Assembly (NCBI RefSeq): GCF_963853765.1
Contig: NC_088855.1
Location: forward strand, 45,198,001-45,262,000
Direction of reading: 5' to 3'
From: Magallana gigas
Lineage: Eukaryota
Length of the DNA stretch: 64,000 nucleotides
How positions within the stretch are numbered: the first letter of the stretch is position 1; the number at the start of each line of letters is the position of its first letter. Shown here piece by piece: positions 61,801-64,000 of the stretch. A model generated the notes under the pieces. That model had not been told where the DNA came from, ran no database searches, and saw only the letters and a program-made list of their open reading frames with translations. Both the position numbers and the translations under genes were made by a program.

Positions 61801-64000
61801 GAAACTTGTGTGGAAGCATCCTCAGGTAGTGTAGATTCAAAGTTGTGAAATTCATGACCCCCGGGGGTAGGATAGGGCCACAATGAGGGGTCAAAGTTTT
61901 ACATAGGAGTATATAGAGTAAATCTTTAAAAATCTTCTTCTCAGAAACTAATCAGCCAGGAAAGCTGAAACTTGTGTGGAAGCATCCTCAGGTAGTGTAG
62001 ATTCAAAGTTGTGAAAATCATGAACCCCGGGGGTAGGGTGGGGTCACATTGGGGGGATGTTAAAGTTTTACATAGGAATATATAGAGTAAATCTTTAAAA
62101 ATCTTCTTCTCAGAAACTAATCAGCCAGGAAAGCTGAAACTTGTGTGGAAGCATCCTCAGGTAGTGTAGATTCAAAGTTGTGAAATTCATGATCCCTGGG
62201 GGTAGGTTGGGGCCACAATGGGGGGGGGGGGTCGAAGTTTTACATAGGAATAAATAGAGTAAATATTTAAAAATCTTCTTCTCAGAAACTAATCAGCCAG
62301 GAAAGCTAAAACTTGTGTGGAAGCATCCTCAGGTAGTGGAAATTCAAAATTGTGAAATTCATGACCCCCGGGGGTAAGGTGGGGCCACAATGGGGGTCAA
62401 AGTTTTACATAGGAATATATATAGTAAATCTTTAAAAATCTTCTTCTCAGAAACTAATCAGCCAGGAAAGCTGAAACTTGTGTGGAAGCATCCTCAGGTA
62501 GTGTAGATTCAAAGTTGTGAAAATCATGAACCCCAGGGGTACGTTGGGGCCACAATGAGGGGTCAAAGTTTTACATAGGAATATATATAGTAAATCTTTA
62601 AAAATCTTCTTCTCAGAAACTAATCAGCCAGGAAAGCTGAAACTTGTGTGGAAGCATCCTCAGGTAGTGTAGATTCAAAGTTGTGAAAATCATGAACCCC
62701 AGGGGTACGTTGGGGCCACAATGAGGGGTCAAAGTTTTACATAGGAATATATATAGTAAATCTTTAAAAATCTTCTTCTCAGAAACTAATCAGCCAGGAA
62801 AGCTGAAACTTGTGTGGAAGCATCCTCAGGTAGTGTAGATTCAAAGTTGTGAAAATCATGAACCCCAGGGGTACGTTGGGGCCACAATGAGGGGTCAAAG
62901 TTTTACATAGGAATATATATAGTAAATCTTTAAAAATCTTCTTCTCAGAAACTAATCAGCCAGGAAAGCTGAAACTTGTGTGGAAGCATCCTCAGGTATT
63001 GGAAATTTAAAATTGTGAAAATCATGACCCCTGGGGGTAAGGTGGGGCCACAATGGGGGTCAAAGTTTTACATAGGAATATATAGAGTAAATATTTAAAA
63101 ATCTTCTTCTCAGAAACTAATCAGCCAGGAAAGCTAAAACTTGTGTGGAAGCATCCTCAGGTAGTGGAGATTCAAAATTGTGAAAATCATGAACCCCAGG
63201 GGTACGTTGGGGCCACAATGAGGGGTCAAAGTTTTACATAGGAATATATATAGTAAATCTTTAAAAATCTTCTTCTCAGAAACTAATCAGCCAGGAAAGC
63301 TGAAACTTGTGTGGAAGCATCCTCAGGTAGTGTAGATTCAAAGTTGTGAAAATCATGAACCCCAGGGGTACGTTGGGGCCACAATGAGGGGTCAAAGTTT
63401 TACATAGGAATATATATAGTAAATCTTTAAAAATCTTCTTCTCAGAAACTAATCAGCCAGGAAAGCTAAAACTTGTGTGGAAGCATCCTCAGGTAGTGGA
63501 AATTCAAAATTGTGAAATTCATGACCCCCGGGGGTAAGGTGGGGCCACAATGGGGGTCAAAGTTTTACATAGGAATATATATAGTAAATCTTTAAAAATC
63601 TTCTTCTCAGAAACTAATCAGCCAGGAAAGCTGAAACTTGTGTTGAAGTATCCTCAGGTAGTGTAGATTCAAAGTTGTGAAAATCATGAACTCCGGGGGT
63701 AGGGTGGGGCCACATTGGGGGGATGTTAAAGTTTTACATAGGAATATATAGAGTAAATCTTTAAAAATCTTCTTCTCAGAAACTAATCAGCCAGGAAAGC
63801 TGAAACTTGTGTGGAAGCATCCTCAGGTAGTGTAGATTCAAAGTTGTGAAATTCATGATCCCTGGGGGTAGGTTGGGGCCACAATGGGGGGGGGGGGGGT
63901 CGAAGTTTTACATAGGAATAAATAGAGTAAATATTTAAAAATCTTCTTCTCAGAAACTAATCAGCCAGGAAAGCTAAAACTTGTGTGGAAGCATCCTCAG
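58842..64000 (+). mobile_element. Helentron-type non-autonomous element (oyster Helitron-N2/HINE-like) carrying the satellite array; right end outside the window
   Basis: Starts ttttt-agctcacctgagct-gaa-agctcaagtgagct (5' subTIR hairpin), followed by a (gtcc/ctgtcc)n microsatellite and then tandem monomers. This is the known architecture of oyster Helentron non-autonomous elements. Confidence 0.85.
59105..64000 (+). repeat. Cg170-like satellite array, ~165-168-bp monomers, about 29 or more copies
   Basis: The anchor aaaaatcttcttctcagaaact recurs at 59271, 59437, 59602, 59768 and onward (period 165-166) to the window end. Confidence 0.92.

Noticed and set aside
58847-64000. CRISPR-like regular repeat array
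   Set aside because: The units are contiguous ~166-bp monomers with no unique spacers and no cas genes, in a eukaryotic intron-rich genome.

Overview
Gene-dense, AT-rich eukaryotic genomic DNA. The 166-bp Cg170-like satellite inside a Helentron-type element points to a Pacific oyster (Magallana/Crassostrea gigas-like) draft assembly, with two N gaps. I reconstructed spliced gene models by hand, checking splice sites and reading phase at every junction. In order: an SLC13 Na+/dicarboxylate-type transporter (-, runs off the left edge); serine racemase SRR (-) head-to-head with TRIM37 (+); an intronless Cys-rich orphan ORF (+); PPM1E/F-type PP2C phosphatase (-); two near-identical HES bHLH-WRPW genes forming an inverted head-to-head duplication; and the 5' half of RECQL4 (+), whose next intron holds at least 4.9 kb of satellite. 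Introns and intergenic DNA contain several non-autonomous DNA transposons with readable TIRs and TSDs. Most notable: (1) a homologous, phase-locked duplicated exon pair in the PPM1E catalytic domain that looks mutually exclusive; (2) a 227-aa orphan built on seven perfect 15-aa CxxC-x4-CxxC-x3 repeats; (3) the same tail-to-tail TRIM37/PPM1E arrangement as at human 17q22; (4) an HES palindrome with an eroded Orange domain; (5) a duplicated splice donor that creates a possible recursive AG|GT site in a GC-AG intron of SRR. All alignments and counts were made by eye. Homology statements come from remembered family motifs, not from database searches.
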